Positions 42,491-57,325 of a stretch of DNA of 64,000 bases are shown piece by piece. Each line of letters begins with the position of its first letter. Position 1 is the stretch's first letter. The notes below the pieces were generated by a model. It ran no database searches. It was not told the origin of the DNA and was given only the letters and a program-made list of their open reading frames with translations. The translations under genes and the position numbers were made by a program. This DNA is from Octopus vulgaris. Its lineage: Eukaryota. The stretch spans positions 67,208,001-67,272,000 of the forward strand of contig OX597826.1 of assembly GCA_951406725.2 (NCBI GenBank). The letters are read 5' to 3'.

Positions 42491-43759
42491 CCGCGTAGCT
42501 TATTAACGTTGAGGGCATCCGGCTCACGTAAAGTAGTGAGTTCACTAGCTGGCAGCTCATTTTCTCTTAAAGTAAGACACTTTATTTCACGTTGCTCTGG
42601 GGAATTTCAACTGTGTTTCGTGGTCTGCTACCACAACAGTCCCTTTATAGGATCCAGTTAGCTCAAGACATCATCAGGAGGAACCACGTCCGGTTTCGGC
42701 CCAACTCCTCTACCGTTTTGACGTTCCAAGTTTTAATTCCGACTTATCCTTCCATTCCTTCGGGGTCGATAAAATAAGTACCGCCGAAACACTGTGGTCG
42801 ATGTAATCGACTTTATGCTACCTTGTAACTTTCTGGCCTTGTGCCAAATTTCAGACCATAATTATATGTAATAAAATCTAAAACATTTAGTGTATTGTAG
42901 AGGTATAACTATATTGCTCATAGAATTTAACAACAAAATTTTGGTCATAGGTTTTAACAACAAAATAGCCTTTAACAATATGGACCTACCAGGGCCATAC
43001 GGGCTCCGGTTTAGAAACATTGCCTTAGACTGATCTATGGCGCTTCCAATAAAGACTATGTGTTACCTTCATGGTGAAGACACTTTTCCTTGTAACCAAA
43101 CTTGTCGCAGTATCACGCAGTTACTAGTCTTTCTTTTATTTTGTCTCTTCAGAACAGAATGTATTGACAGAGACCAAATTATATAAGTATTACAGCGAAT
43201 TTAATCCGGTGATCTCCTCCTGTTTTGTGCCAACTGAAATTCCCAACTTCTTTTATGTAAGAAATATTAAAATTTTAAAATCTAATTATAATGACAGATG
43301 ACAAACTGGATTAAACTAGTTTTCCTATATTGAAGAATTGATACTGAAATTTAATTAAAATTCCCCAATATTATATATGAATTCCACCTTTCTTCTTATT
43401 CGCAGCTTTATCGAAAATGTTAGCTTTGTTTGTTTGCTTCGAAATAAAATATAATTAATTTATTGTGTGTTTGTGTGTGTGTAAATTTATCAATTAATTA
43501 CTTTCTGTAATACGTTTGTCTCATTTAGAGAAACATTGCACCACCTAAATAAATATATCACCATCTACAACGTTGTGTCGAAGACTATGTCGTTGGGTTT
43601 GTATAAGTTACAAATTGTAAACTAAATTGCAATAATTTCTCTCCAGTTATTTTGAGAATAAAGGAAAAAATGTTTTCTTTATTCTTTCTGATGAAAAAGG
43701 AGATAATTTTTGCAAGGGAGTTGTAACAACCATCTCAAATAAATGGAAAAACTAAGCTA

Positions 43760-43975
43760 ATGTGTGTCTTTGTGTGGGTGTTTGTCCCCGCATTACCGTT
43801 TGACAACCGGTGTTGGTGTGTTTATGTTCCGTAACTGAGCGGTTCGAAAAACAAGACCATAGAATAAGTACAAGGCTTAAGAAATATGTCTCGAGGTCAA
43901 TTTGTTCGACTAAAACCCTTCAAGGTGGTGCTCCAGCATGGCCGGAGTCAAATGGCTGAAATAAGAAAGTAAAAG
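43760..43975 (+). mobile_element. SINE family A 3' half (variant)
   Basis: tgacaaccggtgttggtgtgttt..gtgctccagcatggcc. Confidence 0.8.
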
Positions 43976-44117
43976 GCGAAAAAAGTTAAAAAAAACAATT
44001 GAAAGCCAACAAAACGCTGGGAAATGAAGGTCTCCACTGAAGAAAGGACTGCACAGATTCAAGAAGAGCGTAGAACAGTCATCGATGGCCTATGCTCCGT
44101 AGGGAGAGAAAGACATA

Positions 44118-44630
44118 CCGTAAATCCTCGAGTATAATCCGCATTTGTTCCCAAAGTTTAATGGTCAAAATTCCTTGTGCGTACTATGTACAAGGTTAAA
44201 ATTGAAAAATATTTTCATAGCAATGTCCGAGTCTCTATTTGCTGCCCGGCAATGTTTATTCAGACGCAACTTGTGATGTCGGGCGCGAAAATACCTTAAG
44301 CTAAGCCTGAAAGTCATAAAAGAATCATCCATAACTTGCAGTAAGCAGCATTTATTAAAATAAAAATATTCAGAACACAGAATAACATGTAACAAAAACA
44401 ATTTGCAAACATATTTACATTCCCATATAACAGTTAAGAACATCATTATTATTGTATTACGCATGCGCGGAAGTGATTGTTCGAATAGGTGCTACTGGCT
44501 TAATTACACATGACTCAAGTTAGAGAAGGAGTGCGTATTATACACAGGGTTTAGGTTTTTCAGAGGTACAACGCCCTAAAAATCCCCTGCGTATTATACT
44601 CAAGGGCGGACTATACTTGAGGATTTACGG
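44118..44630. mobile_element. pogo/Tc1-mariner-type MITE
   Basis: 25-bp TIRs ccgtaaatcctc(g/a)agtata(a/g)tccgc, TA on both sides, and repeated tgcgta(t/c)tat subterminal motifs. Confidence 0.9.
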
Positions 44631-45323
44631 TAGGTAAAGTTATTCATTTCAAAATCGGTGCAACTTCACCGACGAACGTAGACCCACGAGTACCATCAAC
44701 CGAATGGATATATATATGGCGTGCCGTTAGCGCAGGAAATAAGGAACTGGTAATAGTTCCTTGTTACAGATGTGCGACACTACAGCTGCAATGAAAAAAA
44801 CAATGAAAACTACAAAGACAAGGGATTTGATGATTTGCGTTGCGGAAGATAATTAATTATACAATGAAGCTTTGGCTGTATGAAGGGTATAGATCCATTG
44901 ACAAAGACGGCGTAGATTAGCCGCCATAGCTTATGTTCTCAAGGTGTAGTTTTATCTCTATCTCATTCCCCAGCACATCATACCACATCAGATCTTGTAT
45001 ATACACACATGCAAACACACTGAAGTTAAAACACTTACACACGCACGCACACACACACACATATGTACACTACACACACACACACACACACACATGCACA
45101 TACATAGAAACAATCGCACATATACACACACATACATACAGGCAAGCTGGCATTACAGGCTTGTATATGTATATACTTACTCATTCATACCTACATACAC
45201 ACTTACACATACACACACTCTCTCTCTATCTCACACAAACACACACGTACATTCTGTCAAGTCGAATAAATTTTCTTGAAAAATTTCATATATAGAAATA
45301 TAATTTCATATTATATCACGTCT

Positions 45324-45401
<78 letters not shown>

Positions 45402-46533
45402 GGGGTATCCATATGTACATTATATACATATACACACAGACTCGGTATTTCAAATATACAAAAATATTCAAAATAACGTGGCACGTTATCGTTCGTTATC
45501 GTTGTCTGTACAATTTCACTTCAGTGAATCTTGTGGCAAGACAAATTATTTTTCAGAAAAATTCACAATATTTCAAAGTATGTTTACGCTTTATGACTGC
45601 CAAATATTTATATATATACAAAATTTTGTATATAAATAGATGCTGAAAATTTCTGGGGGTATCAACATTGTCTGTGTCATTTCACATTCATATATTAAGT
45701 ACTTTGTGTTACGCATCGACATTACTTTCATCCACCCCCGTAGCTTTGTCTACGAGTATAAGGTGATCTTTGTTTTTTTTTATGATATCTACACGAAACA
45801 TCGCAGTTTCTCAGCGAATCGTTTTTTTTTTTTTCACAATCTTCACAAGAGTCCAAAAACATCCCAGAATAATCCATGAAGAAACAATTGCCAAACCGCA
45901 TTCTTCAATATACAACAGAGGAGATGTTGAAAGGGTGAACGTTTCAAAGAAGTGGTAAAGTATGAATGTTACTATATGGTGACATTGTCTTTTTATTTCT
46001 TCCATCAGTTATTCTTTACTCTTTGTCTTTCTGCTTCTCACACTGAGGCTCTCTATCTTTCTCATGCACACATGCACACACTTCCTTACGAATCTTTCTT
46101 AGTCGGCGATACTATAAAGAATACACATGACTATACTATAGCGACTAAAGGTACAGGTTTGTACATTATACTTTCAAGAAATCAGTAGGTGGTTTGAAAA
46201 CGATTATGGCCGATAATTTATTATTTGTGTCATTAAATTTTCTCTTACGTATAAATTATTCAGGAAGTATGGCCTACATTTCATGTTTGAAATGAAAAAC
46301 ATGGACACACACGCACGCACACATACACCAACACACGCACGCACACTCGCGCGCACACCACACGAACACACACACGCACACACGCATCCACACACACATA
46401 GATGTAGATAGGAAGGTAGATAGGCAAAGACTTTTCAATGCAAAGAGCATTAAAGACAATTGTGCTATAATTTATTTAGTCAAACATGAAAGAAATGTTT
46501 CTGTGTTATTTCGCACTTGAGCAACGCCAACTG

Positions 46534-46572
<39 letters not shown>

Positions 46573-46726
46573 ACACACACACACACGCGCGCACACATAC
46601 ACACATTAAAGAATGCCCGGCGTTGTCCGGGAAATATGCAGTTGAGCATTTTCCGAGATTTCGATGTTGTATAACATTCTCAAATTCATTTTCTTCAGTA
46701 TAACTCTGACCCTAATCTATATATAT

Positions 46727-47105
46727 TACTTTCTACTCTAGGAACAAGGCCCGAAATTTTGGAGGAGGGCGCCGGCAGATTAGATCGATTCCTGCATGCA
46801 ACTGGTACTTAATATATCGACCCCGAAGGATGAAAGTCGACCTCGGCGGAATTTGAACTCAGAACGTAAAGACAGACGAAATACCACTAAGCATTTCGCT
46901 CGCCGCATTTATACTCATACCACCACATAATCTTTTCTATTCTAGGCACAAGGCCCGAAATTTTTGGGGATCGACCTCAGTACGCAACTGGTACTTAATT
47001 TATCGGCCCCGAAAGGATCAAATGCAAACTCAGAACATGAAGAGAAACGAAATATCGCTAAGCATTTCGCTCGGCATGCTAACGTTTTTGTTAATTTGCT
47101 GCCTT
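46727..47105 (-). mobile_element. SINE family B (variant tail) pair
   Basis: Two units flanked by cctaa(t/c)ctatata near-direct repeats (46711, 47106). Confidence 0.85.
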
Positions 47106-48332
47106 CCTAACCTATATACTTTAAACGTAATCTCGAATAACTTATCCCTGATTTCCTAACCCTAATGCTAAACTCAAGCCCTTACCTTAAACTCTTAACT
47201 CTAACGTCAATGCTTTATCCCCACGCAGGAGACATCTTGCAAAATTGTAGTTCCAGTGTTTAGTGCTACCAAGTGAGATAAAAATCATCCGAAAAAAGGC
47301 AAGAAATAGAAAATTTATTGCCCGTGATGTACTTCGAAAGGAAAGGAGTAGAAAGGGTAAGAATTAAAAATTAAAAGCAAGGCTGGGATTTTGAAATATT
47401 TTCATCAGAATCACGAAAAAATTTTTCCCCAAAATAGTAAAAAAAAAAAAAGTGAGAGAGAGAGAAAAATGTTAGGCTGTTGGGTTTCATGTTGTACAAC
47501 ACAACTCCACTAGTATATGTTGTTTAATGCACATGTAAATTGCATGAAAATAGAACGGCATTCATTGTTTTGTGGCTAAGAATCTCAATTTGTAGCGAGA
47601 GAGTACTTGAGTTAATTTCTCATATTTAATTACGGTAGTAATGCTTCCATTATTGGAAATGAAATATTTTGTGTAGTTTTTCGTTTTCAGTAGTCTATGA
47701 AAGCGAAAGTATAAAATTTGACAAAACGTAGGTGGAATGCAAACGAAAAATAAAATTGATTCACTACCAAAAGTAACTATCGAAGAAAGAAAGAAAAAAA
47801 AAAACAAGAAAAAAAAAATGAAAGAAAAGACCGTTATAATGCCGCCATCCACTGTGACATTGTCACTGAAAAATTGGATTCAAGAATATTTTTAATTAAA
47901 ATCCCAATTAGCACGAGTAATGCATGACTATTAACAACTCAGCTCTGTTGAAAGTCAACAGCAAAAGCATGAGACAATTACATCAACAACACAGACTCTA
48001 GACGCCGACACACATACTCACACGATAAACCTTATTATTCGTGCACACATACAATGCACCCTAAGCATTTCTAAGATTTTATTTTCTGATGCGAGGAAAC
48101 ACACACACATACACACACACACACACACACATGCGTATATATCATCACCATCACCATCATTATGACCATCATCATCATCATCATCATCGCCATCATTTAA
48201 CGTCAGTTTTCCAAGTTGGCATGGGTCGGACGGGTTGATGGGAGCTGTTCAGCCGGAGAGCCAGGACTGAAAATATTGTCTATTGTGGCATGGTTTCTAC
48301 GGCATATACACACACACGTACGCGCATGCACG

Positions 48333-48365
<33 letters not shown>

Positions 48366-48653
48366 GTGTGTGTGTGTGTAAATGAAGATATATTATTAAT
48401 ATTTCATAGAAGCAACAGACTGACTAAAGAGTCTAGTCTCGTGCGTTAACCCTTCTCAAACTCTGTCGCTTCAGCTAAATATTAAATAGCAATAAAAACA
48501 AAACAAATATATATACTCAATTATTGAGTTCTATTTTTCCTATTCTCCCAAGCTATACATATACCTGTGTGTGTGTGCCTGTGTACACGCACGCCTGTAT
48601 GTGTATGTGTTTGTAAATATACGAAACTACAAACACACACACACACACACACA

Positions 48654-49082
48654 TGAAAGAACTGAAAGAAGCCCGTCGTATATATGTATATATATATGTA
48701 TGTGTGTGTGTCTGTGTTCGCCCCCCCCCCCCCAACGTCGCTTGCCGATCGATGGTGGTGTGTTTACGTCCCCGTAACTTAGCGGTTCGGCAAAAAGTGA
48801 CCGATAGAATAAGGACTACGCTTACAAAGAATAAGTCCTGGGGTCGATTTGCTCGGCTAAAAAGGCGGTGCTGCAGCATGGCAACAGTCAAATTACTGAA
48901 ACAAGTGAAAGAGTAAAGAGTATACTTTCTAAGTAGCTTGCTTACCAACCACATAGTCCTGGGTTCATTTCCACGCCATGGCACCTTGGCCAAGTGCCTT
49001 CTACTATAGCCTGGGGCCGACCAAAGCCTTGTGGGTGGATTTGGTAGACGGAAGCTGAAAGAAGCCCGTCGTATATATATGA

Positions 49083-49130
<48 letters not shown>

Positions 49131-49362
49131 TTGTGTGTGTGTATGTGTTTGTTCCCCCAACATCGCTTGACGCTTGACAACCGATGCTGGTGTGTTTACT
49201 ATAGCCCCCGTAACTTATCGGTTCGGCAAAGAGAGACCGATAGAATAAGGACTACGCTTACAAAGAATAAGTCCTGGGGTAGATTTGCTCGGCTGAAAAG
49301 GCGGTGCTCCAGCATGGCCGCAGTCAAATGGCTGAAACAAGTGAAAGAGTAAAAAAGAGTAA
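48654..49362 (+). mobile_element. Two adjacent SINE family A copies
   Basis: Partial copy 48654-48918 and near-complete copy 48930-49362. Confidence 0.9.
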
Positions 49363-49699
49363 AGCGTAACCTCTTTAGCGTGTATGTGTGAAGACTGAAG
49401 TACCAAATGCCTCGCAGTATATTACATTCCCAATGACATCTTGTCTCAATTGGTGGTAAAATTGTGGGGTGAATTTTATGATAGACACGAGACCACACAC
49501 TTTGCTGTAGAATGGGAACAGTTTAATTCTGACAGCACGCGCCCCCACCCCGATTACTCGCCGATATTTGGAGGCTGTTACTTGTTTTATTGACGGCACA
49601 ATTGTAAATATGCTGAACCATTTCTTACCTTTTTTTTTATTAGGTGCAGAAAGACAAAAAAAAAAAACCCAGAAAAAAAGTCATACGAGCACCGAAGCA

Positions 49700-49746
49700 T
49701 AACTACTACTACTTCTACTACTACTACTACTACAACTACTACCACC

Positions 49747-49826
<80 letters not shown>

Positions 49827-49891
49827 TAATAACAATAATAATAATACTACCAACACCAGCACCACCACCACCACTACTACTACCACTACTG

Positions 49892-49923
<32 letters not shown>

Positions 49924-50045
49924 ACCGCTGCTGCCCCTACCATTATGAACACCACTCGTACCGTTATTACCTCCCTCACCACCACCACCAGCACCATCTC
50001 CACTACAATCACCAGTGCCTCCACCTCCCTCACCACCACCATCGT
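49700..50045. repeat. ACT/ACC/AAT/GCT compound trinucleotide microsatellite
   Basis: Direct inspection. Confidence 0.95.
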
Positions 50046-50927
50046 ATCATAGTCGCGGCCAACATCATCACCACTTAACAGCAACCTTGGATGATAACAT
50101 TGTTTGACATTCATGTCTTCTAGAAGAACACGGTTGCCAGTCTCTTCCTTTTATTTATTTATTATTATTATTAGTATTATTATTATTTTTGTTTTTTGAT
50201 ATGTAGAATCAAATTATTTCGTGCCTTAACTAAGAATTGAAACTGTTTCACAGAATTGATGCCCCTTGAGAATCATTGTTCATCTTTGATGAGATTAACA
50301 GAGCAAAAGCAGGAGGAATATTTCTATGTTTGCGATTCTTTCATGAAGGCCATCATCTCCTCCTCTTTCTTTCCTCCTCGTTCGCTCACCCAACTCCCGT
50401 CCTCTTCCCGTCCTCCAATTCTTTATCTGATGTGTATCGAGTGATTTTAGCAAACAGAAGCCTAGCACCAAGATAACCGGAGAAGAAGAACATACACCCT
50501 TCAATTCGCCACCGGCCTAGAGGACCCACCCTTATCTCACACCTATATCTTCTTCACACTCCCGTGGGGGGATGGAGGCAGTAGTTAGAGGAGAGAGTGT
50601 GTGTATTTCTAGTGGAAAATTAGCCATCCGTGACGTGTCTATCTGTTTTCGTAAACTTTCAGAGTCGACCGCACACTGGTGCTTGTATGATTGTCTGTCT
50701 GTCTATCAGTCTGCTTGTCAATCTCTCTAGCTATCTGTCTGTCTGTCTATTTGTTACGTAAAGACAGTGGCTACAGATAGTGAACGGATCTCCATCCAAT
50801 TCGACGATGACTCGTGCAATTGTTCCATTAACTGAATGGCCTATTCATAAATTGTATGATTGAGTATTCCTAAAATAATAATAATTGTATGATTGAGTAT
50901 TCCTAAATAATAATAATAATAATAATG

Positions 50928-50963
<36 letters not shown>

Positions 50964-50972
50964 TTTTTTTTA

Positions 50973-51140
50973 GACATTCATTAGTACAACACCAAAAACT
51001 CCCCCCCAAATATATGGCACACTAGGCATAACAACAACATGAACTTCCAACCTGTTGTCTCTTGAGGTCTCTGGGTGAGACTTGGAGCCAACTTGTACAA
51101 ATATAAAGCAAAACTCAAACATAGAATAATAATAATAATA
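50973..51140 (+). mobile_element. Probable LINE 3' UTR between (AAT)n tracts
   Basis: Non-coding block ending ...aaacatagaataataataat, with (AAT)n upstream; family assignment is inference. Confidence 0.45.
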
Positions 51141-52679
51141 TCGAAAAATACCTTAGGAATGAGAACCCAGATCGATAAAATAAAATACCAGTTGTATTTT
51201 GGGGTCGAGGGTGTTGACTAACAATTTACCCTCGAATCCGCTGGTTTTGTGTCTAAGCTAGAAACCATAAATTTACGTCAACGACTCCAGGCTGTCAGGG
51301 TTTTACTCCCTAGAAGCTGACACTATAGGAACTGTATTATCCAGAAATTGTCTGAAGCTCTACTCTTTATAAATTCTTCTTCGTAGATCACTTACACCCC
51401 AAATAACATAACTGTGGTACCTTAGCTCTACAAGCAGTACATTCTGAAAGCTTTAACTTGTCGCTGTAAAAGATCTACTCTTACAACGTCTACTCTGAAA
51501 AGGTGTTACTTCCTGGAATCTTATGAATGATCAAAGGATATTAAAAATTTCTTTCTATGTGTAATAATGATATCACACTCACCAAGTGAAACAAAGTGTC
51601 TTTCGTAAGTTTATGGAGAAGAGGTTTAGTGATGGAACAGTAGAATACATTTAAAATTCTTTCTGATAGCAGAATTAATATGCATGCAAGGAAATCTTTT
51701 CTCTTTTTCGGTAATTTAAAACAAAGCCTTTGATGTTTCCATGGTTTCTTACCTCGGATTCAAGAATATGAAATTATATTATATTCCTTGTTTTTTGTTT
51801 CTTGTATTATATCTTCCTCAAAAACCAGTAATTTTCTTGTATTCTTGTAAAGGGTTTTGTAACAAGATGACGGCTTGTTTAATAGTAGTGGGTAGTATGA
51901 AAGGCTTTTTTGCCTTTCATACTGATTTAGAAAAGAAGGATATATTTGAAGAAATATATTTAAGGATCATAGTTGATTGTAACCTCAATCTCGTTGGTTA
52001 ATTTTATGCCTGTTTAACCTTAGATACCAAAAAAATATTGCCCTTAATTTAATGAAAAATTACAACAAAAACAAGAACTACGATTCTGTAATTCTATGAA
52101 ACCTATTATATAACGTTCTGAAACGTATATTTTCCGTGTCTTCGAATGTGGCTTCCTTTAAAAGCAATTATCGCCATTAAAACAGGGTATTATGCAGCAA
52201 TAATATTACAGACAAAAATCTGTTACATAAAAATAAAAATTATTTCTTTAAATGTAAAAATAGTTCAAGGAGAATTCTCTGGTTTAAACTTCTCTTCAAT
52301 CGAAGTTACTTATCCTATATCGCTTAAAACTACTTAAAATTAATTTTTTCCATTTCCCAGCCAATACCAAAATACTATGAGTTTTATAATAAAAGCACTG
52401 CTAAAAATAGTGATTCTTTCCTACCAATTTTAAAACTGCCATCGTTAATTTCCACGCCAAGTATGTATCACAACTATCGGTATGTTGCCAAGTGCTACTT
52501 TCAACTATAAAAGGTCTACTGTTTGTCCCGTTAACGACAAAAGTCTTTTGGAAGCATTAAGCTACTGAATTAATGCATGTCTTGAAGACAACTCTACCCT
52601 ACAATCAGTAGATAACACAAACCAAAAAATAAAAAATCAAAAATCAAAAACAGAAAGTCCTTTAATTGGTACAAGAAAA

Positions 52680-53070
52680 GGTGAGCTGGCAGAAACGTTA
52701 GCGGTATTTCGTCTGCGTTACGTTGTGAGTTCAAATTCCGCCGAGGTCGACTTTGCCTTTCATCCTTTCGGGGTCGATAAATTAAGTACCAGTTACGCAC
52801 TGGGGGTCGATGTAATCGACTTAATACCTATGTCTGTCCTTGTTTGTCCCCTCTGTGTTTAGCTCCTTGTGGGTAATAAAGAAATAGGTATTTCGTCTGC
52901 GTTACGTTGTGAGTTCAAATTCCGCCGAGGTCGACTTTGCCTTTCATCCTTTCGGGGTCGATAAATTAAGTACCAGTTACGCACTGGGGTAGATGTAATC
53001 GACTTAATACCTATGTCTGTCCTTGTTTGTCCGCTCTGTGTTTAGCCCCTTGTGGGTAATAAAGAAATAG
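52680..53070 (+). mobile_element. SINE family B tandem dimer
   Basis: Two near-identical units; junction aaagaaatag|gtatttcgtctg at ~52887. Confidence 0.9.
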
Positions 53071-53358
53071 GTATAAGAAAAATAATTTGTACTTGTAAAT
53101 AACCTGAAAGAAATCAACACAAATTTTTATTAAGTATATTTGATTCCAGAAAGACATCACCGTTTGGTATCTACTAATCAATTCTGAACTTCCTATCAAC
53201 TTACACACTTGTCAACTTTTCCAAAAGATCGCTCACTTTTACTGAAAAGCTTGTAATTTTGTTCGAGGACAAGAACGAATGTAAGAAGTCGGAATTGGTT
53301 AATTCCTGTGATCATTCTGCGAAACGCATGCTTCACAACTTAACAAACGGATAATTAA

Positions 53359-53431
53359 CATTTATCATTTGTCATTTGTCATTTGTCATTTGTCATTTGT
53401 CATTTATCATTTATCATTAATCATTTGTCAT
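53359..53431. repeat. (CATTTGT/CATTTAT)n heptamer tandem repeat
   Basis: Direct inspection. Confidence 0.9.
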
Positions 53432-53534
53432 GTAATATTATCGTCTCCTAATTTTCAGTGTTTAAATCAGATATAAAATTCATATTATGACTCATTTGCA
53501 GGATCGAATACACACTTGCATTTGTATTCATTCT

Positions 53535-53792
53535 TTTACACTTTCTTACTGTTTTACTTGTTTCAGTCATTTGGCTGTGGCCATGCTGGAGCACCACCTT
53601 TTTGGTCGAGCAAATCGACCCCTGGGACTTATTTTTGTAAGCCTAGTACTTACTCTATCGATCTCTCTCGCCGAACCGTTAAGTTACGGTCGACGTAAAC
53701 ACACCAGCATCGGTTGTCAAGTGATGTTGGGGGACAAACACAGACACACAAACATTTACACACACACGCACACACACACATACACACACACA

Positions 53793-53847
<55 letters not shown>

Positions 53848-54254
53848 TTTACTCTTTTACTTGTTTCAATCATTTGACTGCGGCCATGCTGGAGCACCGC
53901 CTTTAGTCGAGCAAATCGACCCTGGGACTTATTCTTTGTAAGCCCAGTACTTATTCTATCGGTCTCTTTTGCCGAACCGCTAAGTGACGGGGATGTAAAC
54001 ACACCAGCATCGGTTGTCAAGCAATGCTAGGGGGACAAACACAGACACACAAACACACACACCCACACACATATATATATATATATATATACGACATGCT
54101 TCTTTTAGTTTCCGTCTACCAAATCCACTCACAAGGCATTGGTCGACCCGGGGCTATAGCAGAAGACACTTGCCCAAGATGCCACGCAGTGGGAATAAAC
54201 CCGGAACCATGTGGTTGGTAAGCAAGCTACTTACCACACAGCCACTCCTGCGCC
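53535..54254 (-). mobile_element. Nested SINE family A pair
   Basis: Full copy 53846-54254 abuts the internal (TA)n of a headless copy at 53535-53845. Confidence 0.88.
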
Positions 54255-55046
54255 TTTGGCACTAGACCAGTATGCGTTTAGAGGATAAAGGTAAATCGAT
54301 TCCAGTGTTAGAATGGCACTGATTTTATCGAGCCCCCCCAAATGGACTAAGAAAGGCAATCTTCGATGGAATTTGTTCTCAGAACATAAAGAACAGGATG
54401 AAATGTCGCTAAACCATTCATTAAGCAAAGTTTCAGCACAACTAGAATTTATTCAGTGCCCGAGCGCACTACAAAGTGTAGAACTAAGGAAATATGTAGA
54501 AACACAGAAACAAATAGCCGAACGGTATGACTGACGTTTAATTTGGGAACCGGAAATCTAATTAACGTACATCTCATTAGCTCCACTGATATTTCACTCC
54601 TTTCGTTTTTCCAAGTGATCGGACAATGTAGTATGTGGCACCGTGTCTTACGAGGATACCTTATGCAGTGGGTTTATATAGGGGACTAATAGAGTCCCTA
54701 TATACCTTAGCCAGAGTTTTTCATCTCTTGATTTCAGTTTTTTCCCCATATGTCGAATTATTTCTAATTAAATGACAGAAACTGGACTGTGGTACAGCGG
54801 TGACTTTAATCAGGTATTAATCCCTGTTTGGACACTCAGGGTTTATTGTGAACTAAAGTTTTCGTTTTTTGATTTCCAGAAAGATTACCTTGATTTAGGA
54901 TTTCCGGTTGTAGGTGCAGTTTAGATTATTTGTTTCAATATTTTGACAATGATACTTCTGATATGTCAGAACTGTTTTTAATTCGTTTCTACTCTGCGGA
55001 TGTAAACAAAGAAACAGGCACACAAGTACCCGTGCACGCACACGCA

Positions 55047-55109
<63 letters not shown>

Positions 55110-55170
55110 ACGGACGCACACACATATTTAATAACAAATATTCTCACATACAAATAGTACACTATCTCTA

Positions 55171-55960
<790 letters not shown>

Positions 55961-56538
55961 TACACTATCTCTATCTTCAGTTTTCACAAGGTCCTACTCA
56001 TCGAGCCAATGCAGGGACCTAGGAATGATCCCTGTAGTTATTCGACCTGCTACAAAGGGTATACATGTTTATCTCAAATGACATCATACACTATGGAAAG
56101 GAGATTGACACATTGAATGATGTGCTTCTTGGTACACTTTGCCTGAATAAGAGATATATTAGTCGCAGCTGGAAATTCTTTGATCATGCATCTTCAGGAT
56201 CAGGACGGGAAAAGGGGTTCCACAACAAGGAAGGACAGGGTACTAGAACTACGGTGTATAGATATAAGTAGTGGTGATCACAGCTGGAAACGTCTTTGAT
56301 CGTAGGTCTCCAGGGTCAGCGCGATCCTGGGGCCAAACAACTACAACAAAGAGGAATAGATTAGATAATGTAGTATTAGATACACCATGGAGAAATAAAA
56401 GAAATGATAATCGCAGCTGGAAAATGTCTTTTAACAAGGCGTCTTTTTGATCAGGGTTAAATTGGGGTTACATTACAGCAGCAATATGCGCATACACTTA
56501 CATACCAATACAAACACAAACTTACACACACGGATGAG

Positions 56539-56582
<44 letters not shown>

Positions 56583-56587
<5 letters not shown>

Positions 56588-57325
56588 GTAACAGAGAAGA
56601 GGAATTTCGATTATCCCTACGTGGTGAGTTGTAATGTATATAAGAAATTAAAAAAGGAAAATACGCACACTTACATAGTTTTAATATAATTTTTAATATA
56701 TCGACCGGTTTCGCTATCGCTATTCATGATATTATGTTTTACTTATTTGAATATGTATTTTTTATTAAGAAGAAATTTTGTCCATGTTGTGTGTGATGAA
56801 ATTCACAAGTGAATGACTTCACAAGAAGATGAATAAAGGGAGGTAATTGGTTATCGTTATTATTGTTATTATTGTGGGTAAGGGAGATAACTGTTCAGCT
56901 TTCGGTAATGGGAGGGGAATGTATATGTATACAGACAAAGACAAGTTTGGAAAACTTTGTTTAATGAGGGGATTTATGTACTGTGATGTAATCGTGAATT
57001 GAAATATGTAAAAAGATAAAAGTTGGTTATGTGTGCATATTAAGACGGGTTCAGTATTTTTTAATGAAAAAAGTTTCTTTATTTAAACGTTCTAGTAGAG
57101 AGATTGTGTCTTTGCACTGGTAGAAGGGGAAGACTGTGAAATTTGGTTTGATGTTATCTGCACATTTTTCTATATGTTCATTGAGAGGAAGTTGCCTGTA
57201 TTGCGGGAAACGGATTTGCTCTTTATGTAGAGTGGTTCTCTTTCTCAAGGTCATACTCGTGTGTCCAATATAGTTGTGTCCGCAACCCAAGCAGGTTATT
57301 ATATGAATTTAGTTTCACTTGTGCC
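56583..57325 (-). mobile_element. Penelope-like element 3' fragment (GIY-YIG endonuclease + 3' region)
   Basis: YIITCLGCGHNYIGHTSMTLRKRTTLHKEQI..EH..CA..F..FPFY..RLNKETFFIKKY; degenerate minimal hammerhead at ~56696-56733. Confidence 0.85.

Noticed and set aside
50276-50476. FIFDEINRA resembling an AAA+ (McrB/MoxR) Walker B motif
   Set aside because: There is an in-frame stop just upstream, no Walker A, and the downstream sequence is low complexity; probably chance.
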